Under the pieces are notes generated by a model, which had not been told where the DNA came from, made no database searches, and saw only the letters and a list, made by a program, of their open reading frames with translations. A program made the translations under genes and the position numbers. A stretch of 64,000 nt of DNA from Rhodocyclaceae bacterium (GTDB lineage Bacteria > Pseudomonadota > Gammaproteobacteria > Burkholderiales > Rhodocyclaceae), in the NCBI GenBank assembly GCA_016718525.1, contig JADKDD010000002.1, forward strand, positions 639,047 through 703,046, written 5' to 3'. The first letter of the stretch is position 1; each line of letters starts with the position of its first letter. Below, piece by piece: positions 37,443 to 46,810 of this stretch.

Positions 37443-38201
37443 ATGCCGGCCGAGTTGGCCTATTCGCTGGGCGTTGTGTTCACCGGCTACGTGGTGTTCG
37501 GCTTGACCGGTTTCGGCTCGGCACTGGTCATTGTGCCGCTGCTGGCGTTTCGTTTGCCGCTGCAAGAGGTGGTGCCTTTAGTGTTGTTGCTTGATTTGGC
37601 GGCGTCGGCGCAACTGGGTCATCTCAACTTTTCGGCGATTCGTTTTAACGAATTGTGGCGACTGATTCCTGCCATGGTGCTCGGTGCCGCGCTGGGGCTT
37701 TATCTCGCCAACGGAGGCAATGATCCACTCTGGTTGCTCGCGCTCGGCATCTATATTGTCAGCGTCGGCGCCACCGGCTGGCGCCGCCCGCCTGCCAAGC
37801 AGACTCCGCCAATTGGACAAGGCTGGTCCTGGCCATTTGGCTTTGGCAGTGGATTGATTGAAGCGGTGTTTGCGACCTCCGGTCCATTGATTGTTGCCTA
37901 CCTCACACGCCGACTGACCGACGTCAACGCCTTGCGCAGCACGATCAGCAGCGGCATTTTCATCGTCGTCCTGATTGCGCTTGGCGGCATGGCGGCGACC
38001 GGCAGGTTGAGCGATGCCGAGCTGTGGCAGCGTTTGCCCTGGTTACTGGTGGCGACAGCGACCGGTTGTTTTATTGGCCACCGGGCTGCCGGCCGGATCG
38101 CGCCGGAGCGTCTCAAGCGCGGCATTTATCTTGTCCTGATGGCGAGCGGCATAGCGATGGCAGTTCATGCAGTCGGCGAACTAGGCGTTTCCCTAAAATA
38201 G
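37443..38201 (+). CDS. TauE/SafE family sulfite/anion exporter-like membrane protein (DUF81)
   Basis: 252 aa, about 7-8 TM helices, with [12 protein letters not shown] and [17 protein letters not shown] repeat halves. Confidence 0.8.
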   Translation: MPAELAYSLGVVFTGYVVFGLTGFGSALVIVPLLAFRLPLQEVVPLVLLLDLAASAQLGHLNFSAIRFNELWRLIPAMVLGAALGLYLANGGNDPLWLLALGIYIVSVGATGWRRPPAKQTPPIGQGWSWPFGFGSGLIEAVFATSGPLIVAYLTRRLTDVNALRSTISSGIFIVVLIALGGMAATGRLSDAELWQRLPWLLVATATGCFIGHRAAGRIAPERLKRGIYLVLMASGIAMAVHAVGELGVSLK

Positions 38202-38224
38202 AGCTTCACCTGAAGGAATACATT

Positions 38225-39442
38225 ATGAAAATCGGTACGCCACTTTCACCCTCCGCGACCCGCGTGATGCTGCTTGGCTGTGGTGAATTAGGCAAAGAAG
38301 TGATCATTGCTTTGCAGCGCTTGGGTGTCGAAGTGATCGGAGTTGATCGCTATGCGGACGCGCCGGGAATGCAAGTGGCGCATCGCAGTCATGTGATTAC
38401 CATGACCGACGGCGAGGCCTTGCGCAAGGTGATCGCGTTGGAAAAACCGCATTTCGTCGTACCGGAAATTGAAGCCATCGCCACCGCGACGTTGGTTGAG
38501 ATAGAGCGCGAAGGTCTTGCGACGGTGATACCGACCGCGCGGGCAGCACAACTCACCATGAATCGCGAAGGCATTCGTCGCCTGGCGGCTGAAACGCTCG
38601 GTCTTGCAACATCGCCTTACGCCTTCGCTGATTCTTTGGCGGAGCTTCAAGCAGCGGTCGAGAATTCGAGCAACGGTATCGGCTTCCCGTGTGTGCTCAA
38701 ACCAGTGATGTCCTCATCCGGCAAAGGTCAGTCGGTGTTGCGCAATCCGACCGACATTCAAACCGCATGGAATTACGCGCAGGCGGGAGGTCGCGTTGGT
38801 AAGGGCCGCGTGATTGTCGAGGGCTTCATTGACTTCGATTACGAAATCACCCTGCTGACGGTCCGTGCAGTCGGCGCTAACGGTGAAATTGAAACGCATT
38901 TTTGCGAGCCGATCGGACATGTTCAGGTCAATGGCGACTATGTCGAATCCTGGCAACCGATGGCAATGTCGGCGCTGGCATTGGAAAGATCGCGGCACAT
39001 TGCGCGGACCGTTACCGGCAATCTCGGCGGACGCGGGATTTTTGGCGTTGAACTTTTTGTCAAAGGTGATGAGGTCTGGTTTTCGGAAGTCAGCCCGCGC
39101 CCGCACGATACCGGCCTGGTAACTTTGGCGACACAACGCTTGTCCGAATTTGAATTGCACGCCCGCGCCATACTCGGATTGCCGGTGGACACCAGTCTTC
39201 GTCGGCCCGGTGCCTCGGCGGTAATTTATGGTGGATTGGAAGCTGCCGGAATTGCGTTTGACGGCATTGATACGGCATTACAAGTTCCTGAATCCGACCT
39301 GCGCTTGTTTGGCAAACCGGAGAGTTTTTTGAAGCGTCGTATGGGTGTCGCGGTTGCCAATGCTGACACCACTGATGAAGCACGAACCCGCGCCAAGCTC
39401 GCCGCGAGTCGTGTCGTCACGAAACTACCCGACACACCTTGA
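38225..39442 (+). CDS. purT: Formate-dependent phosphoribosylglycinamide formyltransferase
   Basis: Start set at the ATG at 38225 ([26 protein letters not shown]...). ATP-grasp core. Strong resemblance to PurT throughout. Confidence 0.9.
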   Translation: MKIGTPLSPSATRVMLLGCGELGKEVIIALQRLGVEVIGVDRYADAPGMQVAHRSHVITMTDGEALRKVIALEKPHFVVPEIEAIATATLVEIEREGLATVIPTARAAQLTMNREGIRRLAAETLGLATSPYAFADSLAELQAAVENSSNGIGFPCVLKPVMSSSGKGQSVLRNPTDIQTAWNYAQAGGRVGKGRVIVEGFIDFDYEITLLTVRAVGANGEIETHFCEPIGHVQVNGDYVESWQPMAMSALALERSRHIARTVTGNLGGRGIFGVELFVKGDEVWFSEVSPRPHDTGLVTLATQRLSEFELHARAILGLPVDTSLRRPGASAVIYGGLEAAGIAFDGIDTALQVPESDLRLFGKPESFLKRRMGVAVANADTTDEARTRAKLAASRVVTKLPDTP

Positions 39443-40469
39443 GCGATTTTTCGCGCCGCCTGATCCGCTGGCACAAGCGCCACGGCCGCCACGATTTACC
39501 TTGGCAAAACACTACCGATCCCTACCGGGTTTGGTTGTCGGAAATCATGTTGCAGCAAACGCAAGTGGCAACCGCAATGCCCTATTACGAGCGTTTTCTG
39601 CAACATTTCCCGACCTTGGCCGATCTCGCCGATGCGCCGGTTGGTGAGGTGATGGCGCTGTGGAGCGGCTTGGGTTACTACGCCCGGGCGCGCAATCTGC
39701 ATGCCTGCGCGCGGATGGTCATGACGCAGCATGGCGGATTGTTTCCGGACCAGCCGGAGCAACTCGCTGAGCTACCCGGCATTGGCCGTTCGACGGCAAA
39801 TTCGATTGCAACCTTCTGCTTTGGCGCTCGTGCGCCCATCCTCGATGGCAATGTCAAACGCGTGCTCAGCCGATGCTTTGGCGTCGAGGGATTTCCCGGC
39901 AACACTATCGTCGAGAAGCAGCTGTGGTCGCTGGCAGAAGAATTGATGCCGGCCAAGCATGGTGACATCTACAACCAGGCACAAATGGATTTGGGAGCCA
40001 CGCTTTGTACGCGCAGTAAGCCGCGCTGTACTGATTGCCCGTTGGAGGATATCTGTGTTGCCAATGTGACCGGCAGGCAGACCGAGCTACCACATAGAAA
40101 ACCGCGCGCAGCGATTCCCGAACGAGCGGTGACCGTGCTGATCCTGCGGCACAACAACAGGGTTTTGTTGGAACATAGACCCCCGCATGGAATTTGGGGC
40201 GGCTTGTGGTCCCTGCCGGAATTGCCCGATGGCACTCCAGCAGACGTTTTTTGAATCAACGATTCAGTTGCCAAATACGCACCGCGTCGCCAGCACCAAC
40301 GCTCACCCACACCTTCACTCACTTCCGTTTGCAGATTCTGCCATTGGTCTGCGACGTGACTGCACCACCGCAGGTCATGGAAACGGGAACGACTTGGTTT
40401 TTACTAAGCTCAGTGAACAGCATCGCGCTACCTGCGCCGATCAAAAAACTGTTGAGTTCGTTGATTTAA
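39439..40469 (+). pseudogene. mutY: A/G-specific adenine glycosylase MutY, interrupted by a frameshift at a T6 run
   Basis: The N-terminal 271 aa (HhH-GPD, 4Fe-4S Cys cluster CTRSKPRCTDCPLEDIC) run in the 39439 frame and end at the TGA at 40252-40254, directly after T6 (40247-40252). The NUDIX-like C-terminus (THTFTHFRLQILPL...) continues in the -1 frame to 40469. Confidence 0.8.
40281..40305 (+). repeat. Copy G of the bipartite motif, shortened (ACCGCGTCGCCAGCACCAACGCTCA)
   Basis: Lies inside the mutY C-terminal segment. Shares the exact 15-mer GTCGCCAGCACCAAC with copy C. Confidence 0.45.
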
Positions 40470-41020
40470 CTCGAGGCTAGCGGAATCTCGTCACCCAGCA
40501 GGACGGTCTCGCGCAATTCGCAGGCGATTTTGTAGCAGTCATCCACGTGGGCGTTGCCGAGCATTTTCATGGCACCGAAACTGATCCCGGCGGCAATGCC
40601 TTGACCAAGAATGGGGATGAAGCGCAACGCCGATTTGCTCGCCACCCGCACGCCAATTTTTTGCAACAGACGCATCAGAATTTGCCGGGTGATGAAGTTG
40701 CCCACCAGCTCACTGCCAATACTGGTGGCGGCTACCAGAACAATCTTCTTGAGCTGAGGGTCAAGTAATTCAACTTGCTTTTGCGACAGTCCGAATCTGC
40801 GGTTGATGGTTTCGAGCATTTCGCTGAGGATCACCATGTCTGCACCGATATCCAGACCCGGAATGGGAACGATGGACGCGCCTGCGGATATCCCTGCGCG
40901 CCGGGTTACCAGTGCTTTGCATTCCTCGCGAATCTGTTCCAGGTCGACCGGCAATACACGCGTAGCCAATGCCGGAAGTTGCTTTTTTGCGCGCGCCTTC
41001 ACTCTGCTTGCTCTCCCCAA
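40466..41020 (-). CDS. DUF697-like membrane-associated protein
   Basis: 184 aa. The SIVPIPGLDIGADMVILSEM ... IPILGQGIAAGISFGAMKMLG pattern resembles DUF697 (YcjF-type) domains. Overlaps the ubiX 3' end by 22 nt. Confidence 0.55.
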   Translation of the reverse strand: MGRASRVKARAKKQLPALATRVLPVDLEQIREECKALVTRRAGISAGASIVPIPGLDIGADMVILSEMLETINRRFGLSQKQVELLDPQLKKIVLVAATSIGSELVGNFITRQILMRLLQKIGVRVASKSALRFIPILGQGIAAGISFGAMKMLGNAHVDDCYKIACELRETVLLGDEIPLASS

Positions 41021-41610
41021 CGCGGCATTAACTGATGCGCTACTCCTAGCTGATCCAGTATCCGCGCAACGACAAAATCAACCACGCCATCAATATCTTT
41101 CGGGTGATGATAAAAACCCGGATTGGGCGGCAAAATCACGGCGCCGGCGCGCGCCAAGCGCAGCATGTTCTCCAGATGGATGACCGAGAATGGCGATTCC
41201 CGCGGCACCAGAATCAGTTTGCGACCTTCCTTCAAAACGACATCCGCCGCCCGTGAGATCAAGTCGTCAGCCATTCCGGCGGCAACCTTCGCCAGGGTTC
41301 CCATGGTGCACGGGCAGATGACGTAAGCATTGGGCGGATTGGATCCAGAGGCGAGTGGCGCAAACCATTCCTGCTGTCCAAAGACACGAAGCTGCCCGGG
41401 CGCCGCTTTGAATCTTTCAGTGAAATCCGTTTCAACTTCACTCGGACGTGAACGCAGCGTAAACCCGATTTCCTGTTGCGCAACGACTTGCGTCGCCGGT
41501 GAGTACAGTAGCTGAACGTTGACACCAGCTGCGATTAAACACTCGACCAGCCGCATGCCGTAGGGTAGGCCGGATGCTCCGGTAAATGCCACGGCGATTG
41601 TTGAATTCAC
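40999..41610 (-). CDS. ubiX: Flavin prenyltransferase UbiX
   Basis: 203 aa. VAFTGASGLPYGMRLVECL ... ICPCTMGTLAKVAAGMADDLISRAADV is the typical UbiX/Pad1 sequence. Confidence 0.9.
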   Translation of the reverse strand: MNSTIAVAFTGASGLPYGMRLVECLIAAGVNVQLLYSPATQVVAQQEIGFTLRSRPSEVETDFTERFKAAPGQLRVFGQQEWFAPLASGSNPPNAYVICPCTMGTLAKVAAGMADDLISRAADVVLKEGRKLILVPRESPFSVIHLENMLRLARAGAVILPPNPGFYHHPKDIDGVVDFVVARILDQLGVAHQLMPRWGEQAE

Positions 41611-42239
41611 TTTGATAACTCCATTCCGTCAGTTGGTGCTGATGAGCTCTGCATGCCTTGGACTCCGCTGCGCGGGGTGGCAACGCCGTCGTCCTTCATC
41701 AGCTGCCCGGCAACCAGTCCATTGACAATACCAAACACCAAGGCGGCCAAACCAAATATCGGCAATAAATAAAACACGCCATCATGTGGCACCAACCAAA
41801 GGCGTGCAACCACGATCTGACCGCCGATATGGGCAAACGCCGCCACAACGCTATGGCTGACCGGCCCGAACCATGCGGCAGGCAACCGGCAACTGAGCCC
41901 CAGTACGGTCAGACTGCAAATGGCGCCGGCCAGACTCATAAAAAAGCCCGGGGCAAGAAAAGTCCCGCCAACCAGCGCAGCGGCGAAAACCCTCAACAAA
42001 CTCACCCAAGCCGCATCTTTCCAGCCGTGCTTGAGCAACACGACCAGGATGATGATATTCGCCAGCCCCGGCTTGACCCCGGGCAAGGGGCTGGGCAAGG
42101 CTCCTTCGGCGATGGTTATCGCAATCGCTGCCGCCGCATAGCCGGCGATACGATAGTCGTCGGCGCTCGGGCGCAAAACGATTTCGGTCGGTTTAGTAGT
42201 TGAGGCTGTCATGACGATTGCCTGAGCCGCGACCGGCAA
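41607..42239 (-). CDS. Gx transporter family / heptaprenyl-diphosphate-synthase-component-I-like membrane protein (PF07456-like)
   Basis: Polytopic. IAEGALPSPLPGVKPGLANIIILVVLL is recognised from this family. The stop overlaps the ubiX start (4 nt). The start is uncertain. Confidence 0.55.
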   Translation of the reverse strand: MPVAAQAIVMTASTTKPTEIVLRPSADDYRIAGYAAAAIAITIAEGALPSPLPGVKPGLANIIILVVLLKHGWKDAAWVSLLRVFAAALVGGTFLAPGFFMSLAGAICSLTVLGLSCRLPAAWFGPVSHSVVAAFAHIGGQIVVARLWLVPHDGVFYLLPIFGLAALVFGIVNGLVAGQLMKDDGVATPRSGVQGMQSSSAPTDGMELSK

Positions 42240-42600
42240 GCATTAACGAGACCTGGTTCGGCGCGCATATTGCGACCGCATTGACCCGCGTCAGCCACCC
42301 CTGCTGAACACAGTACTGGCGAAGTCCGGGGTCCGATACGACCCGGGCGCGACCGGGCGCGAGTTCAATCACGGTCTTGCCAATCGGGCCTTCGACTTCG
42401 ATACGGCGCTCTGTTATCAGTGAATGCTCGGCAACCAATTCGCCGCCCTGCCGAATGATGGCGCGATCAGCGCGCGTGTTGCTCCACAGCGTGGCGAAGA
42501 GCGTGACCACCAGGCTGACCGCCAGCGCAAGGGTCAGCGCATCGCCAGGCCGCAAGCAAGTCAGCCAGGCGTTCATTGATGTCCCAACCGGGACCGTCAT
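42193..42600 (-). CDS. NusG domain II-containing protein (DUF1312)
   Basis: N-terminal TM segment, then IIRQGGELVAEHSL...IEVEGPIGKTVIEL...ARVVSDPGLRQYCVQQGW...AICAPNQVSL, the characteristic NusG_II pattern. The start could be 42576. Confidence 0.6.
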   Translation of the reverse strand: MTVPVGTSMNAWLTCLRPGDALTLALAVSLVVTLFATLWSNTRADRAIIRQGGELVAEHSLITERRIEVEGPIGKTVIELAPGRARVVSDPGLRQYCVQQGWLTRVNAVAICAPNQVSLMLAGRGSGNRHDSLNY

Positions 42601-43439
42601 TCGGCTAATGCCCGGTGACGCACCAGACTACGTACGCTGGGCTGCAAACGGGCACACAAGCATTCGGCGAGGTACACCGATCGATGCTGCCCGCCGGTAC
42701 AGCCGATGGCGACGGTGAGATAGGTACGGTTGTCACGCACATAACCCGGTAACCAATCGCTGAGGAACCGGAAAATATCGGCTTCCATCCGCTGCACATC
42801 GGACTCGGCGCTTAAAAAGTTGATTACTTCGGTATCGCGTCCGGTCAGTGGACGCAAAGCCGGATCGTAATGTGGATTAGGCAGGCAGCGAACGTCGAAT
42901 ACCAGATCGGCGTCTAGTGGAATTCCGTGTTTGAAGCCAAACGACTCAAACAACAACGTCAAACCCTGGCGTTCGTCCAGCGCAACAAAATCCTTGACGA
43001 AGGCGCGCAATGCATTTGCGCGCAGATGGCTGGTGTCGATATGATGTCCCATCATCGACAACGTCTCCAGCGCCTCGCGTTCAAGTGCGATAGCTTCGGC
43101 CAATGTTGTATTGCCGGCGGCCAGTGGATGCCGACGACGCGTTTCGGAGAAACGTTGTATCAGCACCTCATCACGTGCATCACAAAAGATGAATCGCATG
43201 GCAATCCCGCTCGCCTCGATGCTGCGCAACTCAGCAGGCAAGGCCGCAATCGACGCGCCACTACGCATATCGACCGCCACCGCAACCCGTTCGTGATTCT
43301 CATGTTTGAGTTGCTCGACCAGGGAGGCCAGAAGCAGTGCGGGCAAATTGTCAACGCAGAAATAACCGGCATCCTCCAGCACATTGAGTGCCACGGATTT
43401 ACCGGAACCAGACATTCCGCTAATCAATACCAGTTGCAT
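42597..43439 (-). CDS. rapZ: RNase adapter protein RapZ (YhbJ)
   Basis: 280 aa. Walker A ISGMSGSGKSVALNVLEDAGYFCVDNLP and the C-terminal GCTGGQHRSV motif. Confidence 0.9.
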   Translation of the reverse strand: MQLVLISGMSGSGKSVALNVLEDAGYFCVDNLPALLLASLVEQLKHENHERVAVAVDMRSGASIAALPAELRSIEASGIAMRFIFCDARDEVLIQRFSETRRRHPLAAGNTTLAEAIALEREALETLSMMGHHIDTSHLRANALRAFVKDFVALDERQGLTLLFESFGFKHGIPLDADLVFDVRCLPNPHYDPALRPLTGRDTEVINFLSAESDVQRMEADIFRFLSDWLPGYVRDNRTYLTVAIGCTGGQHRSVYLAECLCARLQPSVRSLVRHRALAE

Positions 43440-43451
43440 GATGTCTAAACT

Positions 43452-43754
43452 TCAGCCACCGGGTGTTACCGGCTTGGCATCGTATATTGTCATCGCAGGC
43501 GGTTCGGCGGCCATGGTGCGCACGGTCGCGACAAAGGCGCCGGACGCCGGCACCTTGAAGTGGGTCATTAGCGCCGGCATATCCTGCCATTCTTCAAAGA
43601 ACACCAATCGGTCAGGATTTTCTGCGTCGATATGCACGGCATGCGAAACACAACCGGCTTCGGTTCGTGAACGACGGGTGTGCGCCAGGCATTCCCGCAT
43701 CAGCGTCTCAACCATTCCGGCTTTTGCCACCACGCTACCCGTAACGATAATCAC
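43452..43754 (-). CDS. Antibiotic-biosynthesis-monooxygenase (ABM) domain protein, YgiN-like
   Basis: 100 aa with the ferredoxin-like ABM pattern (...GCVSHAVHIDAENPDRLVFFEEWQD). Confidence 0.7.
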   Translation of the reverse strand: MIIVTGSVVAKAGMVETLMRECLAHTRRSRTEAGCVSHAVHIDAENPDRLVFFEEWQDMPALMTHFKVPASGAFVATVRTMAAEPPAMTIYDAKPVTPGG

Positions 43755-43861
43755 TTTCTGGTCTCCTCAATCCACTCAAGTCGATGGATGACTCATTGTA
43801 GCGAGCCTGTTAGCGGCATACCTTCAGGCAAGCCAAGCCGCTACCTGTTCCTTTCCAGGGC

Positions 43862-44227
43862 TTAGCGTACATCCGCAACGATGAAACCGGGATTTTCGAT
43901 AATCCCGAAACGATTACCAAACGGATCTTTCACTGATGCAACTCGAATTCCGCCACCTACCTCAGTGACCGGTTCGAGCAAACTTGCGCCCAGTTCCAGC
44001 AACCTTGCCAAGGTGGTGTCCGCATCGGTCACGCCCCACATAGCCTGCGATCCGCCAATCCCTGGTTCGCCGTCGGGAATCAAGCCAAGCTCAAATCCAC
44101 CAATAGAAAAGCCGACATAAAACGCTTCATCAAAGTAAGGCGACTGACCGAGCACTGCTTCGTACCAGGCCTTTGCCGCACCCAAATCCGGCGCCGGATA
44201 GACGACCGTCCGCAGACCAAGAATCAT
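43862..44227 (-). CDS. VOC family (glyoxalase/bleomycin-resistance fold) protein
   Basis: 121 aa. Paired beta-alpha-beta-beta-beta pattern and a DPFGNRFGI-type C-terminal motif. Confidence 0.75.
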   Translation of the reverse strand: MILGLRTVVYPAPDLGAAKAWYEAVLGQSPYFDEAFYVGFSIGGFELGLIPDGEPGIGGSQAMWGVTDADTTLARLLELGASLLEPVTEVGGGIRVASVKDPFGNRFGIIENPGFIVADVR

Positions 44228-44249
44228 AGAACCCTCGCTAAGTAGTTAC

Positions 44250-44501
44250 TCACACTCTCGCTGACCTACAACCAGCAGGATTGACAACACGTTCCGTCGA
44301 CGCCGGGTTGGCCGCAAGTTTGGCTGCCGGGCGGCGTGGACGTGTCACCAACTCGCCGCCACAGTTTGGACAGATTCCGTGCAACACAGTTTCGGCACAA
44401 GCGACACAAAAGGTACATTCAAAGGAACAAATCCGTGCTTCGGTTGATTCCGGCGGCAAGGCCGAATCACAGCACTCACATGATGGTCTCAATTGCAACA
44501 T
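44250..44501 (-). CDS. DUF1272 domain protein (Cys-rich zinc-ribbon-like)
   Basis: 83 aa. MLQLRPSCECCD...CSFECTFCVACAE...CPNCGGELV matches the DUF1272 pattern. Confidence 0.7.
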   Translation of the reverse strand: MLQLRPSCECCDSALPPESTEARICSFECTFCVACAETVLHGICPNCGGELVTRPRRPAAKLAANPASTERVVNPAGCRSARV

Positions 44502-44525
44502 GACTCGCCTCCATATTCCATAGCG

Positions 44526-44867
44526 CTAATCGACAATAAACAGGCGGGCGCCTTTCTGGGTCGATGATCGGTGCGCCTCGGCATTATCCGCCACTTGATA
44601 GCTCATCCCGGCAGTCAACGTAAAGCGCCGGCCGTCGTCCAGTTCGGTCTCCAGCGTGCCTTCAAGACACAGCAGAATATGCCCCTTAAGACACCAATGA
44701 TCGGCGAGGTAGCCGGCAGAGTATTCAACCATCCGTACCCGGATTTTTTCCAAACCCTCTCCGAAATATTTCGTGCGCCAGATCGCCTCTCCGCGCTCAC
44801 CCGCGTGTGTGATCGCTTCGACCTTAGACCAATCGGTGGTGCCAAACGGAATCTCGCTCATCTTCAT
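44526..44867 (-). CDS. DHCW-motif cupin fold protein
   Basis: 113 aa containing YLADHWCLKGHILLCLEG. Confidence 0.7.
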   Translation of the reverse strand: MKMSEIPFGTTDWSKVEAITHAGERGEAIWRTKYFGEGLEKIRVRMVEYSAGYLADHWCLKGHILLCLEGTLETELDDGRRFTLTAGMSYQVADNAEAHRSSTQKGARLFIVD

Positions 44868-44892
44868 ACGGGTTCGATTGCCTCCGTGGGTA

Positions 44893-45243
44893 CTACAGCT
44901 TATTTTTCGCCGCGACGGGTCGCTTGGCCAGCAACGGTTTGGGTGCTTTGGCCTCCCATGCGTGCGTAATTAGTTGCTTCACCAAAGCTGGTTTCGCCTT
45001 GGCGAGCCTGATGCGCAAACCAACCGCCTTTTCACCCCACAGCAACTTCTCGATAAATTCGGGCGCAAGCAATAATGCAAGTTCTCGCTGTTCTTCAACA
45101 ACAAAGACATGGATATATTCCGCCCCGGGTGGAACAGTAATGAAGATTTTTCCGGCGACGCGGAATGACGAGAAATGGTGGTGAGGCGATTCCGTCACCT
45201 CGGGTAGCGACAAGGAAAAGATGCGGACTTGATCAATTTTCAC
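44893..45243 (-). CDS. MmcQ/YjbR family protein
   Basis: 116 aa. LPEVTESPHHHFSSFRVAGKIF is a YjbR-like pattern. Confidence 0.65.
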   Translation of the reverse strand: MKIDQVRIFSLSLPEVTESPHHHFSSFRVAGKIFITVPPGAEYIHVFVVEEQRELALLLAPEFIEKLLWGEKAVGLRIRLAKAKPALVKQLITHAWEAKAPKPLLAKRPVAAKNKL

Positions 45244-45267
45244 GAGCGCAATACTTTGTCCGAGGAG

Positions 45268-45864
45268 CTACGGTGAAACACTCGGCAACACATCCGGTCG
45301 ATCTCGCTCAACGAGATTGAGATAGGTCTCAACAGAGCCCGCACAGAGCGATTTCAATAGCACCCTGACTGTACTGACCAGATTCCCCGTTTGTAACCCT
45401 TTCCGCTGGCGCAATTCCGTGTATCCCATTTTCTGCCAGAACCGCTCGGCGCGCTGATTACCAAGCACAACACCCAGACGTATCCACTGCGCCCCGCTTT
45501 GACTCATCCACGCTTCCAAAGCGGTATAAATGGATGAGGCAGTGCCATTGCCGTGCAATCGGGTTGCCACAATGAACAGACCAATATGCCAAACGCCACT
45601 GGCGATGAAGTTAGACAGCACCGATGCCATGGCGACTAACTGGTTTTGGTGATCAAAAATGCCGATCATGACTTGTCGCTCGTAAGGCATTCCCGCTGGT
45701 GGTCGATCATTGAACTCTTGCCACGCCTCATCCTCTCGTGGCGGCATGCCATTTACGGCGTGGAAATACTCCGGGTTAGCGGCGAAAAATAACTGCAGCG
45801 CGGGGAGATCGTCTGCCGTGATTTCGCAGGCATCCCACTTATCGATAACAAACAGCCCGTGCAT
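45268..45864 (-). CDS. GNAT family N-acetyltransferase
   Basis: Start set at the ATG at 45864 (MHGLFVIDKW...). Acetyl-CoA-binding region RLHGNGTASSIY. The upstream ORF extension is Cys/Arg-rich and not credible. Confidence 0.7.
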   Translation of the reverse strand: MHGLFVIDKWDACEITADDLPALQLFFAANPEYFHAVNGMPPREDEAWQEFNDRPPAGMPYERQVMIGIFDHQNQLVAMASVLSNFIASGVWHIGLFIVATRLHGNGTASSIYTALEAWMSQSGAQWIRLGVVLGNQRAERFWQKMGYTELRQRKGLQTGNLVSTVRVLLKSLCAGSVETYLNLVERDRPDVLPSVSP

Positions 45865-45931
45865 CACGGTTACTCGCCTTCCAGATTCGCACTGCCTGCA
45901 TTCTAATTGCCGGAAAAGGTAAGCGTTGCCA

Positions 45932-46309
45932 TTACGTCGACTGGTTGCGCAGTGCAAGCAGTTGCAGCGTGGAAAGCACTGCCGCGGCAACTAACAGTGC
46001 GATGGACATTGGCTGTATGAAGGCCTCAGATCCGCTTAAGAAAAAACCGGTGTGAATCACCACGGTGAGATAACCCAGTGCGGCAATTGATTTGTAGTAG
46101 GCGCGCGTCTGTGGGGTGCCAGCTGACACCTGCGCCTGCGCATACAGCACGTAGGCAATGATCGGTAGATTCAACAACAGATTGACTTGGTTGCCACCAG
46201 GGATGTGGAACAACTCCCACTCATGCCAGAACGCGGCATCAATCTGATGCGTAATCAGTACCGTAGCATTGAGTAGAAACAAGGTCCGTTGAAATAACGT
46301 GAGTTTCAT
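45932..46309 (-). CDS. Small 4-TM membrane protein, unknown function
   Basis: 125 aa, hydrophobic. No family recognised. Confidence 0.4.
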   Translation of the reverse strand: MKLTLFQRTLFLLNATVLITHQIDAAFWHEWELFHIPGGNQVNLLLNLPIIAYVLYAQAQVSAGTPQTRAYYKSIAALGYLTVVIHTGFFLSGSEAFIQPMSIALLVAAAVLSTLQLLALRNQST

Positions 46310-46453
46310 TGCGTGGGGCGATTCGATTCAAAGTCAGAAGTGAACGTTGCGCTATGAATGAATAAGAGCGCAACTACCTGAGAAGTAATAATACGGCCCG
46401 CTGCTTTTCAGTTCATGCAGACACGAGATCGACCAAACAAACGGGTTTCCGTC

Positions 46454-46768
46454 TTAACGAAACTCAGGTTCCGCCACAATCAACTCGTAGTGGGAAACCT
46501 GCGGGAACGGTTCGTAAAAGTGATGCAAGAGTGTCTTCCACGCTTGGTACCTTGGCGACTGGCGGAAGCCAATTTCATGATCTTCCAGTGTTTGCCACCG
46601 CACCAGAAGAAGGTATTCATTCTCGCGCTCAATGCAGCGCTGGAGTTCATGGGACACATATCCCTGCATCGAACAGATAATGGCCTGCGCTTCCTGAAAG
46701 GCCGATTCGAACTGCATAGCCTGACCCGGCCTGATGTATAGAGGAGCAACCTCAAGAATCATCAGCAA
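46454..46768 (-). CDS. ABM-domain monooxygenase-like protein
   Basis: 104 aa. ...GYVSHELQRCIERENEYLLLVRWQTLEDH is an ABM pattern. Confidence 0.7.
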   Translation of the reverse strand: MLMILEVAPLYIRPGQAMQFESAFQEAQAIICSMQGYVSHELQRCIERENEYLLLVRWQTLEDHEIGFRQSPRYQAWKTLLHHFYEPFPQVSHYELIVAEPEFR

Positions 46769-46810
46769 TGTGCGTAGGTGGATTCACAGGCAATCTGGCC
46801 GATATACAAC

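Noticed and set aside
41590-41640. An eighth occurrence of AGCACCAACT (rc, 41631-41640), with an ACGGCG nearby.
   Set aside because: Only the second half-site is present in the right arrangement. The nearby ACGGCG is on the opposite strand orientation. It is counted for the 10-mer tally but is not called as a full motif copy.
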